Positions 10,009 through 19,690 of a DNA stretch of 64,000 nt are shown here, piece after piece. The notes under the pieces are model-generated. The model was given only the letters and a program-made list of their open reading frames with translations. It ran no database searches and was not told where the DNA came from. The number at the start of each line of letters is the position of its first letter. Within the stretch, counting starts at the first letter, position 1. Made by a program: the position numbers and the translations under genes. The DNA is from Clostridiales bacterium (GTDB lineage Bacteria > Bacillota > Clostridia > TANB77 > CAG-508): the NCBI GenBank assembly GCA_003507395.1, contig DNVW01000016.1, positions 12,726 through 76,725 of the forward strand. Direction: 5' to 3'.

Positions 10009-10329
10009 ATGGATAGCATAAGAGAATTTTATGGAGAGACAACTATTGATGAAAAAGATTCAGAAGAATTAAATTTGGGAGAAAAAATAAAATTAGAATA
10101 CTACAAGACAATAAGCAAATTATTCATAAATGAAGGCAAAGAAACATATGGAATAGGCATAGTAAAAAAATGTAGAAACAATGGAAAAGAAAAATTTGAA
10201 AGCAGAGAAATAAACAACATATTAGTTGAAGAAAAACAAACAGAAAAATTATTAAAGATTTTAGTGGATAATAAAGTAACACCAATAGCACTAGATGATG
10301 TGTTAACAGACTTAATAAAAGTACCATAA
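10009..10329 (+). CDS. Hypothetical small protein
   Basis: An intact ORF with a downstream terminator. No recognisable motif was found. Confidence 0.35.
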   Translation: MDSIREFYGETTIDEKDSEELNLGEKIKLEYYKTISKLFINEGKETYGIGIVKKCRNNGKEKFESREINNILVEEKQTEKLLKILVDNKVTPIALDDVLTDLIKVP

Positions 10330-10330
10330 A

Positions 10331-10356
10331 AGACCGAAGTGATCGGTCTTTTTTGT
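10331..10356. terminator. Bidirectional terminator (aagaccga-agtga-tcggtctt followed by a T-run)
   Basis: An 8-bp GC-containing stem lies between convergent genes. Confidence 0.6.
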
Positions 10357-10377
10357 ATGTACTATATACAGATATAT

Positions 10378-11316
10378 CTAAATTTTTAATTTTTTTATAA
10401 TTGCAATTTCATTTTTTAATTTATCAATAACTCCTTTTCTAGTAATTACAGCTTGCCTATACTCATTTAAAACTTGAAGAAAATTATCAAAATTTTCACC
10501 GTCTTGGAATAATAACCTAATTCCCTCTTTGTAATAATTCTGCTGTTTTTCTTTTGTTGCTTTAAGCATTTTAATACTATAGCTTTCCATTAGTTCTAAT
10601 CTTTTAATTTGTGACTCTAAGTATTTAATATAATCTACTATACAAGAAATTTCATAGTTAATATCATCAATAACAACCTTGAATAACACTTTTAAAATTT
10701 TTCCGTTTATTTTGCCCATTTTTTTATTTTGATTTAATTGATCTAAAGCGACAATTACTGGGTCAGGTCTAGCATCTTTTATTAAGTCACGTAAGGTTTC
10801 AGAAATATTTATGTGTGTAGTATATCTCCTTTTCGTAACAATAGCATCATATTCATCTGCAACTCTAATGATTTGAGCACAATAAGGTATATTTTCTTTC
10901 GTAATACCATTTGGATAACCAGTACCATTTAATGCTTCGTGATGATATAATGCTCCCATGGCATAAGGCCTTAGTTCTAAATCTTTTATACACATTTCAT
11001 ATCCTAAAGTTGTATGAGTTTTCATTATTTCATATTCTTCAGGTGTTAATTGTTCAGGCTTGTTTAAAATACTTAGTGGAATAAAGATTTTACCTATATC
11101 ATGCAAATATGCACAAATTGTACAAAAAACAGTATAACTATTTTTACAATTTAAATATTGACAAATTCTACAAACAAGATTAGCTACATTTTCACTATGA
11201 CGTTTAGTAAAATAGTCTAGATTACCTAAAACATTTAGCTGATATCTCATTGTTTTATCTAAATTATACGATTTTAATGCTGTGGGACTATAAAAATCTA
11301 TTTTTGGATCCTTCAT
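10378..11316 (-). CDS. HD-GYP domain protein (putative c-di-GMP phosphodiesterase) with an uncharacterised N-terminal domain
   Basis: HD motif (YLHDIGK) and HHEALNGTGYP signature. Confidence 0.75.
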   Translation of the reverse strand: MKDPKIDFYSPTALKSYNLDKTMRYQLNVLGNLDYFTKRHSENVANLVCRICQYLNCKNSYTVFCTICAYLHDIGKIFIPLSILNKPEQLTPEEYEIMKTHTTLGYEMCIKDLELRPYAMGALYHHEALNGTGYPNGITKENIPYCAQIIRVADEYDAIVTKRRYTTHINISETLRDLIKDARPDPVIVALDQLNQNKKMGKINGKILKVLFKVVIDDINYEISCIVDYIKYLESQIKRLELMESYSIKMLKATKEKQQNYYKEGIRLLFQDGENFDNFLQVLNEYRQAVITRKGVIDKLKNEIAIIKKLKI

Positions 11317-11491
11317 ACTGAGTCATCCTTTCTGAAGATGTGAAAATATTAATATTTTACACACATTTCTCATTGGTAAATTATAAAACTATAATACTAC
11401 ATTTATTATTTTTTATCAAGAAAAATGTATTTATTTTTTACATAAAGTATTATATAATTAAAAAAATTAAAGTTGGGAAAAGAGGAATAGT

Positions 11492-12778
11492 ATGTCAGAA
11501 GTTTTAATAAAAAATGGCAAAGTTTTAATTATAAAAAATAATGATGTAATAATAGAAGAAAGAGATATTTTAATAGAAAATGATAAAATAAAAAAAATTG
11601 ACAAAAGCATAGAAAACGGTGAGGCTTATATAATTAATGCAAAAAATAAAGTTATAATGCCTGGATTAATAAATGCACACTCACATGTACCAATGAGCAT
11701 TTTTAGAGAAACAACAGAAGGGTGTAGTTTATATGAATGGTTAAATAAAAAAATATGGCCAAAGGAAAATGAATTAACAGAACAAGATATATATTGGGCA
11801 AGTATGTTATCATTTATGGAAATGATAAGAACAGGCTGTACTTGCATAAATGACCAATATTTCATGTCTGAGCAAATAAGAAAAGCAGCTGAAGAAAGCA
11901 AAATAAGATTAGTACTTACAAGAACAATTACATCAACATCAGGTGAAGAAGGAACAGATAAAAGAATAGAAGAGTTTGAAAAATTATACGAAACAAGAAA
12001 TAAAGAAGATGACTTAATAACATATACAGTAGCACCACATAGCTTTTATACCTGTTCAGATGAATGTTTAGAAAAAGTTTCTAAATTAGCTTTAAAATAT
12101 AATTTACCAGTACATGTTCACTTTCTAGAAAGCATAGATGAAATAGAAGATATAAAAAAGCAACATGGTCAAGAAGCAATATATGTTCTACAAAAATATT
12201 TTGCTAAAACACATACCATATTAGCGCATGGAGTCAAATTAAATGACAAAGATATTGAAATATTAAAAACAATGGATTGCAGTATAGTTCATAATCCTAT
12301 ATCTAATTTAAGGTTAGGATGTAAAATTGCAGATACTACAAAATATTTAAAGCAAGGACTAAATGTTGCTTTAGGTACAGATGGACAAGGTTCAGGTAGC
12401 AATTTAGATATGTTTGATGCTATGAGAACAGCTTGTTTAATACAAGGTGGAATACACGAAAATGAGGAAAGAATAACTGCAAAAGATGTTATAAAAATGG
12501 CAACAATAAATGGAGCTAAAGCTTTAAAATTAGAAGACAAAATAGGAAGTATAGAGGAAGGAAAACAAGCTGATTTAATTATAGTAGACATAGAAGAAAA
12601 ATTAGATAATATAAAAATGATTCCAAACTTAAATTATATTTCAAATTTAGTATATAATACAAGCGGTAATAATGTAGAAACAACAATAGTAAATGGAGAA
12701 ATTTTAATGGAAAATAAGGAAATAAAACACATAGATGTAGCTAGAGTGATAGAAGAATGCAAGAAAATTGCAAAATAG
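11492..12778 (+). CDS. Amidohydrolase-family deaminase (MTA/SAH deaminase / chlorohydrolase-like)
   Basis: PGLINAHSHVPMS metal-binding motif, and HxH / D of the amidohydrolase fold. Confidence 0.75.
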   Translation: MSEVLIKNGKVLIIKNNDVIIEERDILIENDKIKKIDKSIENGEAYIINAKNKVIMPGLINAHSHVPMSIFRETTEGCSLYEWLNKKIWPKENELTEQDIYWASMLSFMEMIRTGCTCINDQYFMSEQIRKAAEESKIRLVLTRTITSTSGEEGTDKRIEEFEKLYETRNKEDDLITYTVAPHSFYTCSDECLEKVSKLALKYNLPVHVHFLESIDEIEDIKKQHGQEAIYVLQKYFAKTHTILAHGVKLNDKDIEILKTMDCSIVHNPISNLRLGCKIADTTKYLKQGLNVALGTDGQGSGSNLDMFDAMRTACLIQGGIHENEERITAKDVIKMATINGAKALKLEDKIGSIEEGKQADLIIVDIEEKLDNIKMIPNLNYISNLVYNTSGNNVETTIVNGEILMENKEIKHIDVARVIEECKKIAK

Positions 12779-12796
12779 AGAATCTGTTTTATCAGT

Positions 12797-12840
12797 AGGG
12801 ACGGAGATTTTGACAATCCAGCGTGATAGTCAAAATTCCT
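12797..12840. repeat. Member of the GGGACGG(G/A)GA(A)TTTTG(G/A)CA repeat family, with a hairpin (attttgac ... gtcaaaat)
   Basis: agggacggagattttgacaa resembles the motif at 23628, 29753 and 57221. It lies immediately 3' of a gene. Confidence 0.45.
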
Positions 12841-12955
12841 ATCTATACTGAAAAAAGTTGCAAAAACTGCCAAAAGGCTGGACTTTTTAACGGTTTTGTG
12901 GTATAATTATAGTATAAGTGGGTTAAGATAAAATTATGTTTTGGAGGTACCTAAA

Positions 12956-13123
12956 ATGTTTAATGAAGAAGTTTTTAAATTTGATATAGATAATATAAAA
13001 AATGATTTAGCAATAGAAGGAATGGAAATAACAAATGAAGATGTAGACATGTACAGAAGATTTGCAAATGATGAATTAAATATGCCAGAATTAATAGAAA
13101 TAATAAAAAATCAAAGTTTATAA
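12956..13123 (+). CDS. VbhA-like antitoxin of a Fic toxin (inhibitory-helix family)
   Basis: NDLAIEGMEITNEDVDMYRRFANDELNMPELIEII resembles the VbhA xxxEG inhibitory motif plus the RY..GE..EL tail. The RBS is ggagg. Confidence 0.5.
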   Translation: MFNEEVFKFDIDNIKNDLAIEGMEITNEDVDMYRRFANDELNMPELIEIIKNQSL

Positions 13124-13140
13124 ATTTAAAATCACACAAA

Positions 13141-13171
13141 AAACTGCCAATAAATAAAAAGGCAGTTTTTG
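13141..13171 (+). terminator. Terminator (aaactgcc ... ggcagttt followed by a T-run)
   Basis: An inverted repeat followed by a T-run. Confidence 0.5.
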
Positions 13172-13278
13172 TTCTTAAATATAAAAAAATCGACTTTTGA
13201 AGAGTATCTGAAACGACGTATCTGATATAATAAGTTCTAGATAGAAGTTTAGATTGCACTAGAAGGTCTGTCCCCAGA

Positions 13279-13293
13279 GTGACAAAATGTCAC
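13279..13293. promoter_or_regulatory. Perfect 15-bp palindrome GTGACAaaaTGTCAC upstream of the Fic ATG. Candidate operator.
   Basis: Seen directly in the sequence. It is flanked by related CTGTCCCCA / CGTCCCCAAAGTGACAG motifs. Confidence 0.4.
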
Positions 13294-13332
13294 AAAAAGG
13301 AACGTCCCCAAAGTGACAGAAAGGAAAAAAGT

Positions 13333-13944
13333 ATGAGAGATATTTATGAGGTTTCACATTCTGTATATTGTTATCCTAATACAGAAGTATTAATAAATAA
13401 ATTAAATATTAAAGATATTAAAAAATTGCAAATTTATGAGGCTAAAATAACGGCAGCAAAATCTTTAGGATTAAGAAAAAAAGGAATAACAGGAGATTTT
13501 GATGTAAAACATATTAAGCAAATTCATAAATATTTATTTGAAGATATATATCCATTTGCTGGAGAATTTAGAACAGAAAATATAGCAAAAGGGGAATTTA
13601 GATTTGCACAAAGTGAATATATAGAGCCAGAATTAGAAAATCTATTAAATAAATTAAAAAAGGAAAATTATTTAGAAGGTTTAGATAAAAAAGAGTTAGC
13701 AATTAAATTAGCCTACTATTTAGCAGAACTAAACGTATTACATCCATTCAGAGAGGGAAATGGAAGAACAAACAGAGAATTTATAAGACAATTAGCATTA
13801 AAAAATGGCTATCAGTTAGACTTAAAAAAAGCCAAAGCAGAGGAAATATTAGAAGCGAGCATAGAATCAATAGTAGACACAAAAAAATTAGAAGAAATAA
13901 TCTATGAATGCCTACAATTAGGGACTGCTCCAAATTGTCCTTAG
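13333..13944 (+). CDS. Fic/Doc family protein (AMPylase-type toxin)
   Basis: Canonical Fic motif HPFREGNGRTNREF. The ATG at 13333 has an aggaaaaaag RBS. The longer track ORF from 13279 starts at GTG inside a palindrome and is unlikely. Confidence 0.8.
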   Translation: MRDIYEVSHSVYCYPNTEVLINKLNIKDIKKLQIYEAKITAAKSLGLRKKGITGDFDVKHIKQIHKYLFEDIYPFAGEFRTENIAKGEFRFAQSEYIEPELENLLNKLKKENYLEGLDKKELAIKLAYYLAELNVLHPFREGNGRTNREFIRQLALKNGYQLDLKKAKAEEILEASIESIVDTKKLEEIIYECLQLGTAPNCP

Positions 13945-13956
13945 TGACAATTTGGG

Positions 13957-13971
13957 CTGTCCCTAATTGGG
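13957..13971. repeat. CTGTCCCTAATTGGG palindromic motif (left boundary of the Rpn cassette)
   Basis: CCCTAATTGGG is a near-perfect palindrome. Related copies lie at 15089-15141. Confidence 0.5.
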
Positions 13972-14793
13972 AATATTTTCTATTTCTTGCATGGTTAATC
14001 CTGTTGCTTTAGCTATTGTTTCTTTGCTTATTTTTAACTCTAACATTTTCTTTGCAACCTCTAGTTTACCTTTTTCCAGTCCTTTAGCGTAAATCGCTTT
14101 TTCGTCCATTATTGCTTTTAGTCGTAAATCTGCTATTCTTTGCATTCTTTCGTCTTCACTTAAACTATCAAGTTTTTCTGTTGCCTCTTTTATTTCTTTG
14201 TTTTCTCCCATCTTTTCAGTCACCCTTTCCGATTTTGGATTTTCCAAAAAATATAACCAATCTAATAGTTTATCTTTTTCCTTTTCTCTTCCCTTTATTT
14301 TTGGTAACTCTATAATATCAATTTCTAACTTATCTGTCAATATTTTACCTCCTGTTTTATTATCCATTATTTTCCATACACTATGATAATCCATTTCTTT
14401 TAAATTCTTTACTTCAAAATCTGTTATTAATATTACAATTGTTTTTTCAAGTAATGAATAATCTTCTCCTATTTTTATTTGTCTTGTATACAACCTACTC
14501 CAATAATATAGTATTCTTTCTATTATATTGCTTTGATCAATTAATTGCATTTCTATATTGCATTTTTCCTTTCCATCAAGCTCTGCTAGTATGTCTAATA
14601 CTCCTAATTTGTCGTCTTTAAATTCTCTTCTTAATATCGGGTTCTTACTTAAATCTATACTTTCTATTTTTCTTTTTAATATTGTTTCTAAAAAACCTTT
14701 TGTTATTCTTTCGTTTCCTATTTCACCAAATAATGCTTGAAATACTACATCTAATTTAGGCGATAATGTTTTTGTTTCTTTGTTTTTTTCCAT
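13963..14793 (-). CDS. Rpn/YhgA-like PD-(D/E)XK nuclease family putative transposase (Transposase_31 / TIGR01784-like)
   Basis: N-terminal LSPKLDVVFQALFGE...LDILAELDGKEKCNIEMQ is typical of this family. Confidence 0.7.
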   Translation of the reverse strand: MEKNKETKTLSPKLDVVFQALFGEIGNERITKGFLETILKRKIESIDLSKNPILRREFKDDKLGVLDILAELDGKEKCNIEMQLIDQSNIIERILYYWSRLYTRQIKIGEDYSLLEKTIVILITDFEVKNLKEMDYHSVWKIMDNKTGGKILTDKLEIDIIELPKIKGREKEKDKLLDWLYFLENPKSERVTEKMGENKEIKEATEKLDSLSEDERMQRIADLRLKAIMDEKAIYAKGLEKGKLEVAKKMLELKISKETIAKATGLTMQEIENIPN

Positions 14794-15088
14794 AAAATGT
14801 TCCTTTCATTGTTAACTATTGCTTAAACAGTTTCTTAAAGTAGAACATTCACCTCCTATCATTAGATTTTATTTTCTTATTTTTTGGATTTTAATTAGAT
14901 TTTAAATTTTAGAATTAAATTATTTAAAATTTGTGTTGATTTTTGAATAAATAACTTTTTAGATTTTAATATATTTTTATAAGTTATTAGCTAATTGGTC
15001 TTCACTATTCAAGCAATGTAATTATATATAATCATAATTTACAATTTTTGTCAACTCATTTTTGTTATGTTTAAATGGTAATATTTCA

Positions 15089-15141
15089 GGGCTGTCCCCA
15101 ATTGGGCAAATGGGATAATTGGGGACTGTCCCTAATTGGGG
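15089..15141. repeat. Cluster of GTCCCCAATTGGG / GTCCCTAATTGGGG palindromic motifs, including a 10-bp-stem inverted repeat (gtccccaatt ... aattggggac)
   Basis: Seen directly in the sequence. It forms the right boundary of the Rpn cassette. Confidence 0.5.
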
Positions 15142-15209
15142 CAAAAAAAAGAGGGGGCAGATGCACCCTCCAATAAAGGTTTTCTCGAAGACCCATATAT
15201 GGGAAAACA

Positions 15210-15485
15210 TTACCTTATTTGGATGAATATGATACCATCCTGCCAGCAAAGATCGATACCAAGTTCGTACAGCTCGCCGTAAAGGGTAGCATAACCCATA
15301 TAACAAAAATTATTTAACTGGTCAATCTTTTTTCCAAGGGCGGAATCGGCGCGTATGAATGTTATCCCACGTTCACGCAGCCTCAGTATCCTTTTAGCTG
15401 CCCGTTTTACCCTTCTGGCCATCCTTTCTTGATATTTTTCCATAAGTTTCTTTTCCCTTGCTTTCTTTTTTTCTTCCTTTTTCAT
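15210..15485 (-). pseudogene. GC-rich foreign gene fragment (unidentified, basic protein) with its own terminator at 15152-15180
   Basis: G+C is visibly far above the surroundings. The 91-aa ORF has no recognisable family. A minus-strand hairpin (gaggg-N10-ccctc followed by T8) lies just downstream. Confidence 0.3.
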
Positions 15486-15650
15486 AATAAGGGGTCCTTT
15501 CTTTTACTAACATCCTATTGGATATTGTACCTTTATTATACCATATACTTCACATAAAGTCAAGAATTATGTAAAATCTGTAAAAAATATTGCGTTATTT
15601 AAAAAAATGGGATATAATTAGTTATTAAATTAAGGGGATAGTGAATAAGC

Positions 15651-18599
15651 ATGCCTAATAAAGAAACTCATAGAGCATTTAACCAGTTGTTAAATACTTT
15701 TTTAGAAATTAATAATAAAGAGGAAGAATTGGCACAAGATGGTACTAGTGGTATAAAATTAGTACCTATATTTTTGTATAATGATACAGACAAAAAGCTA
15801 AAGGTAGAATTTAAAATTGGAAACGAACAATTAACTAAGATTAATAATCTTCCAGATTTTTTTGAAAGAATGCTTAATAGAGAAAAATATAAATATAACA
15901 ATGTGCTGGAGTTTATACATGAGGAAAATGCTTTTGAAGAGCAAAGTAGGCCTTTGCTAAAATTTCTATTAAAATATGCAGAAATAATTAAATATGCAAA
16001 TGATGTAAATAATAACTATGCACATTATGGAAGAAACTTTAATGTGAATAATGTTGTATTATCAAATACAGGTTTAGATGAACTATTTGAAATATTAAAA
16101 GGAAAAACAGTAGAATTTGAAACAAAAACAGGAGAAAGAAAAATTCAATTTATAGATGAGCCAATAGATATAAAATTTATACTAGAAAAATCAGATGAAA
16201 GTACATATTGTTTAACACCTAATATAGATGTGTATGGGTATGATATATTTTATGGAAAAAATTATTCTTATTTTTTGATCGATAATAAGATGCACAAATG
16301 TTTACCAAAAGTGGAAAATAGGAACCTAGAATTGCTAGAAGTGTATAAAAAAAATTATACTCAATCAATAATATTTAACGAAAATAATTTAAGAAATTTT
16401 TTTGCAATTGTTGTACCAAAAATAAAAGATAATTTTGAAATAAAAAATATAGACAAAGAACAAATAGAAAAATACATGCCTAAAGATTTGTATGTAAAAA
16501 TATATTTGGATTATAACGAAAAAGGTTATATAATAGCAGATGTTAAATTCTGTTATGGAAATGTGGAATTTAATCCAATAAAAAACGTAAATTTGGAAAT
16601 AACAAGAAACGCTATACAGGAAAATGAAGTACTTGATACATTTGTACAAACAGGTTTTATGCTTGATAGTGCAAACGCAAGATTAGTATTAGTAAATGAT
16701 GAAAAAATATATAATTTTTTATCAAAGGAAATAGAAGATTATATGAAAAAATTTGAGGTGTTGGTTGCAGAAAACTTCAAGAAAAAGGACATAAAAAAAA
16801 TAAAAATAAAATCAATAGGAGTAAAAATAGAAAACAATTTATTAGACATAAACTTGGAAGATTTTAAATTTAATATTTACGAAATAAAAGATATTATAAA
16901 TAAATATAAACTAAAAAGAAAATTTTATAAATTAAAAGATGGAACCTATATATCATTAGAAAAAAATAACAGTTTGGATTTTTTGGAAAATGTAGTAGAT
17001 AATATAGAAATAGATTATGTAAATTCAGAGGGGGGTACAATAAAACTTCCTATATACAGAGCAATGTACCTAGAAAAATTATTTAAAGAAATGAACAATA
17101 CTAATATTCAAAAAAATGAATATTATAAAAAAATGATTAGTGAAATAGAAGATAGACATATAGATATAAATACAAAAATTCCTAAAAAATTAAATACTGA
17201 ATTAAGAACATACCAAAAAATAGGCTATAAGTGGCTTAAAACATTAGAACAGTATAAAATGGGTGGCATATTAGCAGATGATATGGGCTTAGGCAAAACT
17301 GTACAAGTTTTGACAGTTATACTTTCATATATACAAGAGAATAAAGAAAAAGCGAAAAACTCAATAATAGTATGTCCAAGCTCACTAACATTAAATTGGT
17401 ATAATGAGATACAAAAATTCACACCAACAATAAAGACATTAGTGATAAGTGGAGATTATTTAGAAAGAAAAAGAAAAATAGAAACTATCAACAATTATCA
17501 AATAGTAATAACCTCATATGATTCTTTAAAAAGAGACATAGATTTATATACACAATATAATTTTAAATATATTGTAGCAGATGAAGCACAATACATAAAA
17601 AATAATAATACTAAAAATTCAAAAGCTGTAAAATTAATTAATGCAGAAACAAAATTTGCATTAACAGGTACACCTATAGAAAATTCACTTTCAGAACTAT
17701 GGTCAATATTTGATTTTATAATGCCAGGGTATTTATATAAATACAAGAAGTTTAAAGAATTATATGAAATACCTATTATAAAAAATCAAGATGAAGAAAA
17801 AATGAATAAATTAAAAAAGCAAATAGAACCATTTATTTTAAGAAGAACCAAAAGCGAAGTATTAACAGAGCTTCCGGATAAAACAGTAACAATATTAAGT
17901 AATGAGATGAAAGAGGAACAATATTCAATATATATGTCTTATATGGCACAAGCAAGAGATGAAATAATGTATCAAATAGATATGAAAGGATTTGAAAAAA
18001 GTCAAATAAAAATATTATCACTTTTAATGAGACTAAGACAAATTTGTTGCCATCCAAAATTGTTTTTAAGCGAATATACAGGTGAAAGCAGTAAATTAAA
18101 TCAATGTATAGAAATAATACAAGATGCGGTTTTGGGAGGACACAAAATTTTACTATTTTCAAGTTATACCTCTATGTTTGAAATAATAGAAGAGCAATTA
18201 AAAAAATTGGAAATTAATTATTTAAAACTAACGGGACAAACAAAAGTAGGAGAAAGAATAAAATTAGTAGATGAATTTAACACAAATAAAAACATAAAAG
18301 TATTTTTAATTTCTTTAAAAGCAGGTGGAACAGGATTAAATCTAACGGGAGCAGATATGGTAATTCATTATGACCCATGGTGGAATTTGTCAGCAGAAAA
18401 CCAAGCAACAGACAGAACTTATAGGATAGGACAAAAGAAAAATGTACAAGTATATAAATTAATTACAAAAAATTCAATAGAGGAAAAAATATATGAATTA
18501 CAGCAGAAAAAAGCAAAATTAATAGATAATATGCTATCAACAGATGCAACCTTTATAAGCAAATTATCGAAAGACGACATAATGGCATTGTTTGAATAA
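15651..18599 (+). CDS. SNF2-family helicase with a ~500-aa uncharacterised N-terminal domain
   Basis: Motifs I (LADDMGLGKTVQ), II (DEAQYIKN), LTGTPIEN and the helicase C-terminal domain (DRTYRIGQKK) are present. Confidence 0.85.
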   Translation: MPNKETHRAFNQLLNTFLEINNKEEELAQDGTSGIKLVPIFLYNDTDKKLKVEFKIGNEQLTKINNLPDFFERMLNREKYKYNNVLEFIHEENAFEEQSRPLLKFLLKYAEIIKYANDVNNNYAHYGRNFNVNNVVLSNTGLDELFEILKGKTVEFETKTGERKIQFIDEPIDIKFILEKSDESTYCLTPNIDVYGYDIFYGKNYSYFLIDNKMHKCLPKVENRNLELLEVYKKNYTQSIIFNENNLRNFFAIVVPKIKDNFEIKNIDKEQIEKYMPKDLYVKIYLDYNEKGYIIADVKFCYGNVEFNPIKNVNLEITRNAIQENEVLDTFVQTGFMLDSANARLVLVNDEKIYNFLSKEIEDYMKKFEVLVAENFKKKDIKKIKIKSIGVKIENNLLDINLEDFKFNIYEIKDIINKYKLKRKFYKLKDGTYISLEKNNSLDFLENVVDNIEIDYVNSEGGTIKLPIYRAMYLEKLFKEMNNTNIQKNEYYKKMISEIEDRHIDINTKIPKKLNTELRTYQKIGYKWLKTLEQYKMGGILADDMGLGKTVQVLTVILSYIQENKEKAKNSIIVCPSSLTLNWYNEIQKFTPTIKTLVISGDYLERKRKIETINNYQIVITSYDSLKRDIDLYTQYNFKYIVADEAQYIKNNNTKNSKAVKLINAETKFALTGTPIENSLSELWSIFDFIMPGYLYKYKKFKELYEIPIIKNQDEEKMNKLKKQIEPFILRRTKSEVLTELPDKTVTILSNEMKEEQYSIYMSYMAQARDEIMYQIDMKGFEKSQIKILSLLMRLRQICCHPKLFLSEYTGESSKLNQCIEIIQDAVLGGHKILLFSSYTSMFEIIEEQLKKLEINYLKLTGQTKVGERIKLVDEFNTNKNIKVFLISLKAGGTGLNLTGADMVIHYDPWWNLSAENQATDRTYRIGQKKNVQVYKLITKNSIEEKIYELQQKKAKLIDNMLSTDATFISKLSKDDIMALFE

Positions 18600-18829
18600 T
18601 AAAGGACAAACATTTTATAGAGAGTGTGAATAAAGAAGTAGTAATCTAAAAGGTGGACTCTTTTTTACCGAAAATTAGCTTTATATATTGACAAATATGT
18701 TAAATATAAGGTATAATAAAACACATATGGTGATAGGAAAATAACCATGAGCGTTAATTTAGATTGGAAAAGTTACTTTTTCTTAATCCCACACGTAAAA
18801 GTGTAATTACTGAAGGGAGGGATATATAT

Positions 18830-19000
18830 ATGTCAGAGGTTAAAGTTAATAATGGAAATATAGAAGATGCCCTAAAGAGATTTAAAAGACAATGTGCAAG
18901 GAATGGAGTATTACAAGAAGTAAGAAAAAGAGAGCATTATGAAAAGCCAAGCGTTAAAAGAAAGAAAAAATCAGAGGCAGCTAGAAAAAGAAAATTTTAA
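18830..19000 (+). CDS. rpsU: 30S ribosomal protein S21
   Basis: [41 protein letters not shown]...; RBS gaagggaggg. Only a longer spurious N-terminal version appears in the ORF track. Confidence 0.85.
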   Translation: MSEVKVNNGNIEDALKRFKRQCARNGVLQEVRKREHYEKPSVKRKKKSEAARKRKF

Positions 19001-19107
19001 TTTAAGTGAAGGAGGTTGAAAGTATAATAAGCTTTTGACCTCTTTATGTTTTAATACGATAAAAAGCAATTTTTATAGAGTTATTAAAAGATAAAGGAGG
19101 AGTGTAA

Positions 19108-19554
19108 ATGTTAAAAGAAAAATTATTGGAAGATTTGAAAGAGTCTATGAAGGAAAAAAATGTAATTAGAAAAAATGTAGTTCAAATGGTAAGAGCAGCA
19201 ATTTTACAAATAGAAAAAGACAAAAAAATAGAAGTTAGTGACAGCCAAATAGTAGAAATAATAGCAAAAGAAGCCAAAAAAAGAAAAGATGCATTAGAGG
19301 ATTACCAAAAAAGTGGAAGAGAAGATTTAATAGAGCAAATGAACCAAGAAATAAAAATACTAAATGAATATTTACCAAAACAATTAACAGAAGAAGAATT
19401 AACTCAAAAAATGCAAGAAATAATAACCGAATTAGGTGCAACTTCTATAAAAGATATAGGAGCTGTAATGAAAAAGGCAAAAGAAACAATAGGAGCGGCA
19501 GCAAATGGAAAGGCAATTAACGAAGTAGCTAAAAAAATATTAAATAATTGCTAA
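19108..19554 (+). CDS. yqeY: GatB/YqeY-domain protein
   Basis: The rpsU-yqeY arrangement is conserved in Firmicutes. It is a helical, K/E-rich ~148-aa protein. Confidence 0.75.
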   Translation: MLKEKLLEDLKESMKEKNVIRKNVVQMVRAAILQIEKDKKIEVSDSQIVEIIAKEAKKRKDALEDYQKSGREDLIEQMNQEIKILNEYLPKQLTEEELTQKMQEIITELGATSIKDIGAVMKKAKETIGAAANGKAINEVAKKILNNC

Positions 19555-19560
19555 ATAAAA

Positions 19561-19606
19561 ACCATATGAACTATACCAAAAAAGTAGAGTTCATATGGTT
19601 TTTTAA
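19561..19606 (+). terminator. Terminator (13-bp stem aaccatatgaact ... agttcatatggtt followed by a T-run)
   Basis: A perfect inverted repeat with a T-tract. Confidence 0.7.
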
Positions 19607-19690
19607 TAAATTATTAATATTAAACTTGTATAATTATTCTAAAGTATATTATAATAATATAAGAAAAATTTAAGAGAGGAATGGTGTAAT

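Noticed and set aside
13279-13332. Longer Fic ORF starting at GTG 13279 (MTKCHKKERPQS...)
   Set aside because: The extension lies inside a palindrome and repeat cluster, has no RBS, and the ATG at 13333 has a good RBS and gives a normal Fic N-terminus.
15022-15306. 94-aa minus-strand ORF spanning the CCCAATTGGG repeats and the GC-rich fragment
   Set aside because: The reading frame runs through palindromic repeats and a terminator. The sequence is not protein-like (W/C/P-rich). It is a frame artefact.
18688-18829. Structured regulatory leader upstream of rpsU
   Set aside because: A TTGACA-18-TATAAT-like promoter and a ~110-nt 5' UTR exist, but I could not identify a convincing conserved structure. 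This is left unannotated.
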